This document shows positions 19,731 through 27,442 of a DNA stretch of 64,000 bases, piece by piece. Numbering within the stretch: the stretch's first letter is position 1; each line of letters opens with the position of its first letter. Under the pieces are notes generated by a model that was given only the letters and a program-made list of their open reading frames with translations, did not search any database and was not told the origin of the DNA. The position numbers were made by a program, and so were the translations under genes. The stretch covers positions 1 to 64,000 of the forward strand of contig CAVVYR010000001.1 of assembly GCA_963752475.1 (NCBI GenBank), in the 5' to 3' direction. This DNA comes from an uncultured Chloroflexia bacterium (GTDB lineage Bacteria > Chloroflexota > Limnocylindria > Limnocylindrales > CSP1-4).

Positions 19731-22098
19731 CTACCGGCCAACCTCGGCGGATGACTCCGCGAGGATATCGAGCGGCGGCAGTAGTCCGCGGCCCACCGCC
19801 AGCTCGACGGCCTCACTGCGAGAGGTCGCCCCCAACTTCGAGTAGACCGCGCCTGCCTGCGTCTTGATGGTGTTCCTGCTCACGCCCAGGCGGTCACCGA
19901 TCTCTCCCAGCGTCAGATATGTCTGGAGGAACGGGAGAAGCCGCAGCTCGCGATCGGTCAACGATGCCGCCTGGTCGGCAGGGGTACCCGAAGACTCCTC
20001 GGTCATCTCGTCCAGGTCGTCCACCGCGTCTACGAGGGTGCCGAGGAGCGGCCGGTGGGCGATGATCGCGCGGGCCTGCGCGAGCGATGCACGCGCACCG
20101 ATCGCGTCGCTGACACCGAGCTGGGCGCGCGCCAGCTCCGTCAGACAGCGCAGGCCCAGCCAGGGGACCGCCCACGAAACGAGGCGGCGCAGCAGCTGGA
20201 CCCGAGACAGCTCCCTCTTCGCTTCCTGCACGTCTCCCCGGCGGATCGCGACCCGAGCCGCGGCGACCATCCCCAGCAGCGACGTCAGGTAGTCCTCGGC
20301 CCCCGCGTCGCGCAGCGAGCGCCAGAACTCCTCCACCAGCGACTCCGCTCGGCGCCTGCTTCCGTGGTCCAGCTCCATCAGGGCGCACTCTGCGAGCGCC
20401 ACCCTGCGGGTATCGGGAGCCAGCGGTTCAGCCGTCTCGACGATCTGGGCGAACTGCTCCTGTGCTCCATCGACATCGCCATCCATCTGACGCGCGTACG
20501 CGGCCAGCAACATGGCGACCGGTCGCCATGGACTCCAGACGGGCTCGGCGTCGAGGGAGACCTGGGCATGGGCCAGCATGGCCCGCGGCCCCTCGTGACA
20601 ACCGAGCGCCTCCACGAGCGCGCGTGAAGAGGCCATCGACGCGGTGCCATCACCCGGAGGGCTGACGACCTCGCCTGCCCGGGCTGCGGCTCTCCAACGC
20701 TCGAAGTCCTCGGGCCGCCCGTCAAGGGCGGCAAGCCATGCGGCCATCGAGGCGACCGGTGGATGCCGCAGAACGGTCTCCGCATCGAACCGCGCGAACC
20801 ACCGATTGAGCGTGGCGTTCGCACCCTTCTCGTGCAGTGGCTTGGTCGATCGCACCACGAGTCGCGCCGCCTCGTCGATGAGGCCGCCGGCGAACGCGTG
20901 TTCGACTGCTGCCTCCTTCTCACCCGCTCCGGTGAACCATGCGCTCGCGCGCCGGTGGAGCTCCGGCAACAACTCCGGTCGTGTCAGCTCCAGCTCACGG
21001 TGTAGATGCTCACGGAGCAGGTCGTGGCACTTGTACCAGTGTCGGTCCTGGTCGAGCGGCGCCAGGAATGGCGTCTTGCTCGCCAAGGACTCGAGCCGTC
21101 CGGCAGTCCCTGTGCGCTCCAGGACGGCATCCGCCAGCGGCCCGCTCAGGCTATCGAGGATCGACGTCTGCGACAGCAGCGAGCGCTCCTCGGTGCTCAT
21201 CAAGGGAAGAACCTGCGCTTCCAGGTAGTCGGAGATGTATGCGGGGTCCCACGCTGCGCCCGTGTCCACGTGCGCGGTTTCGCGTCCGCGATGGGAGAGG
21301 CCCGCCAGATAGGTCGCGGCCGGCCATCCCTTCGTCCGCTGGTGGATATCCCGGGCCTCCTCGACAGTGAGATCGAGCTTGAGCTCGCGAAGGAGCGACT
21401 GAGATTCTGCCTGGTCAAGCGCGAGATGCTCTGCGTCGACATCGAACAGCTGGCCAGCAGCCCGCCAGCGGCTGTACGGCAGGGCCATGCGTGAACGCGC
21501 GCCGATGGCCATCCGGCTGCCGGCGGGGAGACGGTCGACGAGCCCGGCGATCGCATCGATCGCAGCGGGCTCGTTGACGACGTGTCCGTCGTCCAGGACG
21601 AGGAGCATGGCCTGCGATCGATGATGGATGGCGTCGACCGCTCGATACAGCAGCCTTCGCTCGGCCGGGCCCGGGAACGACCTCATCGCTCTGGGAGCCT
21701 GCCTGGTGGGGCCGCGTGATGCCCAGTGCACCCAGTAGGTGAGAGAGCAGGATCACCGGGTCGTTGTCGATGGTGTCGAGAGACAGCCAGGCCACGTGGG
21801 GACCACACAGGGCGGCCCATTGGCCAAGCAGCGTGGTCTTGCCGTAGCCAGCTGGCGCGACGACGCTGACCAATCGAACACCGCGGCTTTGGCGCAGAGC
21901 GTCAAGCAGTCGGGTTCGCACGATGACACCCGTGCCGGGCACCGGCGGTTCGGTCCGAGCGAGATCGAGCCACACTCCGCCTGCGGACTCGGCCGTCTCC
22001 GCCCTGGGCAGGCCCGCTTGGTCGCGCTGACTGGGTTGCTCGTCCCGGATCGTCCGCTCCTCGTAGCTGCCCGGCGATCGCCAGGAATGCGACGTCAT
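19731..22098 (-). CDS. MalT-like ATP-dependent LuxR-family regulator (frameshift near 21690; start uncertain)
   Basis: APAGYGKTTLL, LVLDDGH, TKGWPAA, C-terminal LTDRELRLL..SRNTIKTQ..VYSKLG. Confidence 0.9.
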
Positions 22099-22170
22099 TG
22101 TCACCCAGGTCCGTCGTTCGGGGTGGACGGAAAGCGACCTCCAGCATAGGGAAGGGACGAGATCGACACG

Positions 22171-22385
22171 CTCGCGAACCACGCTCGCGAACCGGACGAA
22201 AGTCGTCGCCTTCGCCGCTCGGCCCATCGTGCGTGGAACCCCAGGGCCTCCGCCGCAACCCCGCGTGGGCTCCCAGAGCATGTGCGCTACCGCGGGCGAC
22301 ACCCCGACGAGGTTCGTAGCGTGGGATATGGCGCACAGCGGGCCGTGAAGCCATAGCGGGGGGCTACAGCGCTCGAACCGCACGA
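22171..22385 (-). repeat. tRNA-Pro 5'-half repeat, copy 6 (degenerate; left box duplicated)
   Basis: ACGCTCGCGAACC twice (22168-22193); tRNA part 22269-22306; right box CTCGAACCGCACGA. Confidence 0.88.
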
Positions 22386-22422
22386 TAGTCAGCCTTCGTT
22401 CGGCTGGAACTGCCACGTCCTG

Positions 22423-23031
22423 TCACGTGACCAGGCCTTGTGCCCGGTCGCGGATGGTGAGCATCTGCTTGCGTATCATCAGCAGCACGACGAACCCGAT
22501 CACCTGCATCGCGGCCGCACTCACGCGACGCGGGAGAGCCGGGCGGGACCGGATGCGCTCGACGAGACGGGAACGTCTGCCGCCGTCCATCGGTTCGAGG
22601 ACGAACGCCCAGCTCCAACTGCCGGCGATCTCGCTGTGGAGCACCAATGCCCGCTCGGGCTCGAGCCCACGGACGACCCACTCGTTGACCTGGTCTCCCA
22701 CGGCCAGGTCCTGCCACTCGGGCACGATCCGCTCGGCACCCTTGCGGTGCGGCAAGCCGAAGAGCGAATAGCTGTATTCGCCGCCCCGGTCGTCGCCCAT
22801 CTGCACGAGCCATGGCCAGACGGCCGATGGCGGGGCGGCGATCTCGAGGGATCGCGTATCGACTGCGGCCGGGTCGAGCACGAGGTCATCACCCGGAAGC
22901 ACGCTGGCACTGACGGTGGGATCGACGCCCCAAGAGACCACGCGCTGCCAGACACCGCTGAGCCGTAGCGCAACCGCCGCCGAGCCGATGACGGCGACGA
23001 TCGCGAGGCTCACCACCCTCGATCTACCCAT
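22423..23031 (-). CDS. SRPBCC-like protein
   Basis: IAAPPSAVWPWLVQMG..RGG.YSY, WQDLAVGD. Confidence 0.75.
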   Translation of the reverse strand: MGRSRVVSLAIVAVIGSAAVALRLSGVWQRVVSWGVDPTVSASVLPGDDLVLDPAAVDTRSLEIAAPPSAVWPWLVQMGDDRGGEYSYSLFGLPHRKGAERIVPEWQDLAVGDQVNEWVVRGLEPERALVLHSEIAGSWSWAFVLEPMDGGRRSRLVERIRSRPALPRRVSAAAMQVIGFVVLLMIRKQMLTIRDRAQGLVT

Positions 23032-23122
23032 CACTCGCTCTCGATCCGAAGTTGTGTGCATCTGACGGCCCGATGCGCCTGTCGCGAGGTTCGAGATCGG
23101 ACCGGCTTCGGATGCCTCATCG

Positions 23123-23569
23123 TCAGGCGTACGCCGGGACCTTGGCTTCGGCGAGGTCCTTGAAGTCATCGAGCATCTTGCGCATGCTTCGTTCGATCCA
23201 GACCTTGGCCACCATGTCCTTGAGGAAGCCCGGCAGCCGACCCGGCATCTCGCAGTCGGCATCGAAGACCACACGAGTGGAGTCGCCCATCGGCTCGAAC
23301 CGCGCGTACTGGTCCATCGAGCCGAAGTCGCTGCGTTCGTGGTAGAGCCGCTGCGGCTCGACCTCCACGACCTCGTTCAGGGACTCCAGCTCGAAGCCCA
23401 CGAGCCGCATCCTCCCCACGAACGTCGTCCCGACCGCGTCCACCGGCCCGCTGAAGTCCGAGCACTCGCCCCACGGCATCCAGTCCTTCCAGTGGGACAC
23501 GTCGCAGAAGAGCTGCCAGACATGCTCGACCGGCGCCTCGATGCGGATCTCGGCGTGCAAGTGCGTCAC
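23123..23569 (-). CDS. SRPBCC/polyketide cyclase family protein
   Basis: IRIEAPVEHVW; tandem paralog of 23585-24031. Confidence 0.85.
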   Translation of the reverse strand: MTHLHAEIRIEAPVEHVWQLFCDVSHWKDWMPWGECSDFSGPVDAVGTTFVGRMRLVGFELESLNEVVEVEPQRLYHERSDFGSMDQYARFEPMGDSTRVVFDADCEMPGRLPGFLKDMVAKVWIERSMRKMLDDFKDLAEAKVPAYA

Positions 23570-23584
23570 CGCTTCGCTCCTTGG

Positions 23585-24031
23585 CTATGTCTGCACCGGG
23601 ACCTCCGCCTCGGCGGTGGTCTTGAGGTTCTGCATCATCTGGTGGGCGTTCCGCTCGCCCCAGACCTTGGCCAAGACGTCCTTGAGGAAGCCCGGCATCC
23701 GGAAGGCGATGTCGTAGTCGCACTCCACGAGCAGGCGGGTCGCGACACCGTCAGGCTCCAGCCGGATGACCGTGTCCACCGGCCCGGTCTCGCTGTGCTC
23801 GTGGTAGAGCCGCAGCGGTTCCACCTCGACGACCTCGTTCGTCATCTTGAATGCCAAGCCCATCAGGCGCGTCGTGTCGCTGTATGTGGTCCCGACCTGG
23901 TCCAACGGCCCGCTGAAGTCGGAGAACTCGCTCCGTGGCGTCCATTCGTGCAAGCGCGACGAGTCACACAGGACCGCCCAGACTTGCTCGACCGGCGCCT
24001 CGATGCGGACCTCGTCACGGAAGTGGCGCAT
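23585..24031 (-). CDS. SRPBCC/polyketide cyclase family protein
   Basis: VRIEAPVEQVW, EVVEVEPLRLYHE. Confidence 0.85.
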   Translation of the reverse strand: MRHFRDEVRIEAPVEQVWAVLCDSSRLHEWTPRSEFSDFSGPLDQVGTTYSDTTRLMGLAFKMTNEVVEVEPLRLYHEHSETGPVDTVIRLEPDGVATRLLVECDYDIAFRMPGFLKDVLAKVWGERNAHQMMQNLKTTAEAEVPVQT

Positions 24032-24048
24032 ATCTCCCCCTTGGTTCG

Positions 24049-24124
24049 CGGGCCGGGTTCGCCAGTGGCTCGACGCGGTCCAGGGCGGCCAGGGTCTGCG
24101 GACCGAGTGTCATCGCCTCCCGCT
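24049..24124 (-). ncRNA. c-di-GMP-II riboswitch
   Basis: GGGAGGCGATGAC-stem(CGGTCC/GGACCG)-GGCCGCC...CGAGCCACTGGCGAACCCGGCCC, with pseudoknot CGCC/GGCG, just upstream of the RBS. Confidence 0.75.
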
Positions 24125-24178
24125 CAGACGATTCTCCGCCCGATGTCCATGCGATCGAACGATCTGGATAACGCATCC

Positions 24179-25675
24179 TCAGGCGTGCAGGAAGTCGGGC
24201 TCGACGTTCACTGGTTCACCCCGACTCACCCGGAAGTCGCAGCGTTGGCCGCCTTGGGCGATGGTCTCGGTGCGGTCGAGCCGCAAGCCCATGGCCGCGA
24301 ACTGGGGATAGTCGATCCAGCAGAGGAACGGGGTGAGCTCGGGAGCACCTTCGCGTTCGAGATACTTCACGGCCCCGCACTCGATGCAGTCCAGCTGCAT
24401 CCCGGCGTCGCTTCCGTCACCGTCGACGACCTCGTACACCCAGTCGTCCGGGTAGCGGCGTTCCTGGCTGGTGGCAGCGATACGCCGCCACATGTCGATG
24501 CCCCTCTGGCTGAGGAAGCCTCGGCCCTGCAAGCGCATCACCCAGCGCATCGGGACGCTCTTGTAGAAGGCCACCTCCCCGAGGTGGATGAGGCGGGCCG
24601 CTTCCTCCTTCGATGCCCCGCGGGCCCGGAGTGCTCGGTACATCGCCAGCTTGGCCGTGACCTTGACAAGGGTGACGGTCATGCTGTTCTTGCCGCCGCC
24701 GATGTAGGGGATGTCCGGCAGTAGACCCTCGAAGCGCTTGAGCGCGTCCCCGGCGATCAGCTCCGCGGCCGTCTTGCCGTAGGCCTCGGCAAGCGGCTTG
24801 CGGAAGGGTCGGTAGTAGAACCTCGCCAATCGCATGAACCGACCCTTGTGCCTGCGGTACCAGTAGTCTGGGCCCGTGTGCCGGACCTGTTCGACCTTGG
24901 CCGGCGATGCGGCGGGCTCACGACGAAGCTCTGAGGGCAGTTCCTTGCCGCTGACCCAGGCCTCCACCGTGCGGATATGCAGGTCGGGGTCGGCCCGTTG
25001 CCAGCAATGGCCCAGCCCCGGTACATACCAGGCCTCGGCCTCAGGCATGAGCTCAGCCAGGGCAGCATCGATCGGTCGGACGTGGCTCTCCTTCTCGCCG
25101 GCCACGAGCAGCGTGGGGCTGGGGGCACCGAAGGCTGCGTAGTCACTGAAGCATTCCGCGACGACGCGCGCCAACGCCAGGCTCGACGCGACTCGCAGAT
25201 CGTGCGGGTCGTGGGTGTCACTCCACAGGGCCACGCCCGGACGGGTGTGGATAAGGAGCGCCTCGGCGACCGTGATCAGGCGCATGACTTCGCGGGCGAT
25301 GCGCGGGGCGTCGAAGGGCGGTGAGCCATCGATGATGGCCCGCTCGACACGATCGGGATGGCGGTCCAGCAGGGCGTGGACGTGCAGCCCACCCGAGGAG
25401 ATGCCGAAGACGCTCGCCCGTTTCGCGGGGACACGCGCCTCGATGAGCTCCGCGAGCAGGTCGGCGATCCCCTCCTTCGAAGGAGAGGACAGATGATTGC
25501 TGCGCCCGAAGCCGGGCAGGTCCGGGGCCAGGCAGTGGAAGTCGGCGAGCCTGGCCATGTGCTCGTGCCACGCCCGGCTGCTCTGGCCGGCGCCGTGGAT
25601 GAAGACGATGGCCGGCGAGCCGGGAGTCCCGGACTCTGCGACATACAGGTCACCAGGAGAACGCTGCTCACTCAT
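24179..25675 (-). CDS. Alpha/beta hydrolase fused to ATC-hydrolase-like (L-2-amino-thiazoline-4-carboxylic acid hydrolase) domain
   Basis: HGAG, PDLPGFGRS, GISSGG, GH; C-terminal IPYIGG, ECG..K, LCWID, TIAQGGQRCDF. Confidence 0.8.
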   Translation of the reverse strand: MSEQRSPGDLYVAESGTPGSPAIVFIHGAGQSSRAWHEHMARLADFHCLAPDLPGFGRSNHLSSPSKEGIADLLAELIEARVPAKRASVFGISSGGLHVHALLDRHPDRVERAIIDGSPPFDAPRIAREVMRLITVAEALLIHTRPGVALWSDTHDPHDLRVASSLALARVVAECFSDYAAFGAPSPTLLVAGEKESHVRPIDAALAELMPEAEAWYVPGLGHCWQRADPDLHIRTVEAWVSGKELPSELRREPAASPAKVEQVRHTGPDYWYRRHKGRFMRLARFYYRPFRKPLAEAYGKTAAELIAGDALKRFEGLLPDIPYIGGGKNSMTVTLVKVTAKLAMYRALRARGASKEEAARLIHLGEVAFYKSVPMRWVMRLQGRGFLSQRGIDMWRRIAATSQERRYPDDWVYEVVDGDGSDAGMQLDCIECGAVKYLEREGAPELTPFLCWIDYPQFAAMGLRLDRTETIAQGGQRCDFRVSRGEPVNVEPDFLHA

Positions 25676-25709
25676 CTCGTCACCTCGTATGTGGACACGA
25701 ACATGGGTT

Positions 25710-26450
25710 TCACCGTTTCGGGCGAGCGAGGTGGCCGATGCCCACCTCGCGTGCGGCGGCCACGGCGGTCGCCACGCCTTCGGTCCAGGGCTCCCCATGG
25801 CCGGGCAGCAGCCATCGCGCCTCGAGCCCTTCGATGCTGGACAGGGAGGCCAGGGCCTCATCGGGATCCGCTGCGAAGGGACAGATCTGCGGACCACGGC
25901 GCTCGGTGATCACCGCGTCCGTGGCCAGCGCGTCACCTACGAAGAGGGCGTCGTGCCCCGGCGCATGGAAGGTGACGCTGCCGTGCGTATGTCCGGGAGT
26001 GTGGATGACCTGCAGTGCGCCGGGCAGGTCGAGCGTCGTGCCCGCGTCGAATGTGCCGACCTCCGTCAGCGCCTTGGTGCGCATCGCGCCGCGACGCATG
26101 AGCCACAGCAGGTAGTGCAGCAGGGAGCGGAGCCTGCGCTCGCCCATTCCAGCGCTCGGGTTGCCGACCTCGCCCCGCGCGAGAGCCATGTCACGCTCGT
26201 GGATGCTGGCGGGAACGTCGTGCTCGACGCGCAGCCGTTCGGCGAACCCGATGTGGTCTTCGTGACCGTGGGTCAGCACGAGCGCGCGGACGTCCTCGAT
26301 CGTGCGACCCATGGCCGCAAGCTCGGTGGTGAGGTCAGCGTAGTACGCGGGCACGCCCGCATCGACGATGGTGACCTCGCCGGCTTCCTCCAGCAGGTAG
26401 CAGGCGACGACGGTCTCTCCCAGCCGGTGCAGGGACGGCGCTATCCGCAT
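25710..26450 (-). CDS. MBL-fold metallo-hydrolase
   Basis: THGHEDHIG, TPGHTHG, GDA, PGHG. Confidence 0.92.
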   Translation of the reverse strand: MRIAPSLHRLGETVVACYLLEEAGEVTIVDAGVPAYYADLTTELAAMGRTIEDVRALVLTHGHEDHIGFAERLRVEHDVPASIHERDMALARGEVGNPSAGMGERRLRSLLHYLLWLMRRGAMRTKALTEVGTFDAGTTLDLPGALQVIHTPGHTHGSVTFHAPGHDALFVGDALATDAVITERRGPQICPFAADPDEALASLSSIEGLEARWLLPGHGEPWTEGVATAVAAAREVGIGHLARPKR

Positions 26451-26460
26451 CGAATCGGAC

Positions 26461-27102
26461 TCACGCCACGCTCGCTGGCTTCACGCCTCGGGCGAGTAGC
26501 GCCTTCGAGAACACCTTCATCACCGAGACGGTGACATCTTCGAAGCCAGCCTCCTCCACCAGCAGCTGCGCGGCTTCGTCGGTCCACTGCCATTGGCCAA
26601 AGCCGTCGACCACGGCCTCGGTCGACTCCTTCGGGGCGTACCCCGCCTCACCCAGAGTGACTGCCATCCGACCACCCGGACGCAGGACACGGTGCATCTC
26701 CCGCAGCGCTGCCGATGGGTCGGGGACGAACTTCAGGGCATTGACCGATGTAGCAACGCTGAAGCGGTCATCCTCCCAAGGCAGATGGTGGGCCTCGCCC
26801 TCGGCGATCTCCGCGGTGCCCGCAGCGATGCGCTCGGCGAGGCGCCTACGTGCCATGTCGAGCTGCAGCTTGGAGGCATCGAGGCCGGCGACGTAGCGCA
26901 CATGCCTCGCGTGGTCCACGAACAACGTTGCGGAACCACAGCCCACGTCGATCAACTCGTCCTCCGGCTGAAGACCCAACTCAGTAGCGATCGCGCTGTG
27001 AAATGGCCGGCTGCTCCTCGGCATCAGCCTGACACCGAGCCGTCCAGGCAGGCCGTGCGGCACCCCGAAGAACGACATCCACCAGTTTCGGCGCAGGCCC
27101 AT
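26461..27102 (-). CDS. Class I SAM-dependent methyltransferase
   Basis: IDVGCGS, GLDAS, EMHRVLRPGG. Confidence 0.9.
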   Translation of the reverse strand: MGLRRNWWMSFFGVPHGLPGRLGVRLMPRSSRPFHSAIATELGLQPEDELIDVGCGSATLFVDHARHVRYVAGLDASKLQLDMARRRLAERIAAGTAEIAEGEAHHLPWEDDRFSVATSVNALKFVPDPSAALREMHRVLRPGGRMAVTLGEAGYAPKESTEAVVDGFGQWQWTDEAAQLLVEEAGFEDVTVSVMKVFSKALLARGVKPASVA

Positions 27103-27119
27103 CGAGCGTCCCCCCGAAT

Positions 27120-27195
27120 GCGGGCCGGGTTCGCCAGTGGCTCGGCGTGGTCCTCAGCGGCCATGGTCGACGGACCGCGCGTCGTCGCCTCCCGC
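27120..27195 (-). ncRNA. c-di-GMP-II riboswitch (second copy)
   Basis: Same core as 24049-24124 with compensatory outer-stem changes (GC.../...GC versus AC.../...GT). Confidence 0.75.
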
Positions 27196-27296
27196 TACAT
27201 CCGATTATCCGGCGCCTGCCAACCCGGGGGGTCGGAGTCAGGCGGCTCGCTCGGCCAGCCAGGCCAACAGCATCGGGAGTCGACCGTGGAACAAGG

Positions 27297-27410
27297 CTCG
27301 CGAACCGCACGATGAACGAGGCCTTCTCCGCTCGGCCTGCCACGCTCAGAGGCTCGGAGCCTTCGCCGCATACCCCTCGTGGGCTCCCAACGCAGTAGCG
27401 CTACGGGTGC
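27297..27410 (-). repeat. tRNA-Pro 5'-half repeat, copy 7 (truncated)
   Basis: Left arm intact (CTCGCGAACCGCACGA...GGAGCCTTCGCCGCA...GGGCTCCCAA); similarity lost after GCGCTAC. Confidence 0.82.
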
Positions 27411-27442
27411 ACCAGCCTGCCCAGCCATCGTATCTTGGGCCG

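Larger units (their letters stand above)
1..27410. mobile_element. Putative tandem array of integrated gene cassettes delimited by tRNA-Pro 5'-half att-like repeats (no integrase in window; may extend beyond both stated ends)
   Basis: Seven co-oriented intergenic repeats separate coherent gene modules. The mobile interpretation is inference. Confidence 0.55.

Noticed and set aside
1-27410. Classical integron attC array or CRISPR
   Set aside because: No RYYYAAC/GTTRRRY ends, multi-gene segments in both orientations, kb-scale spacing, and no intI or cas genes.
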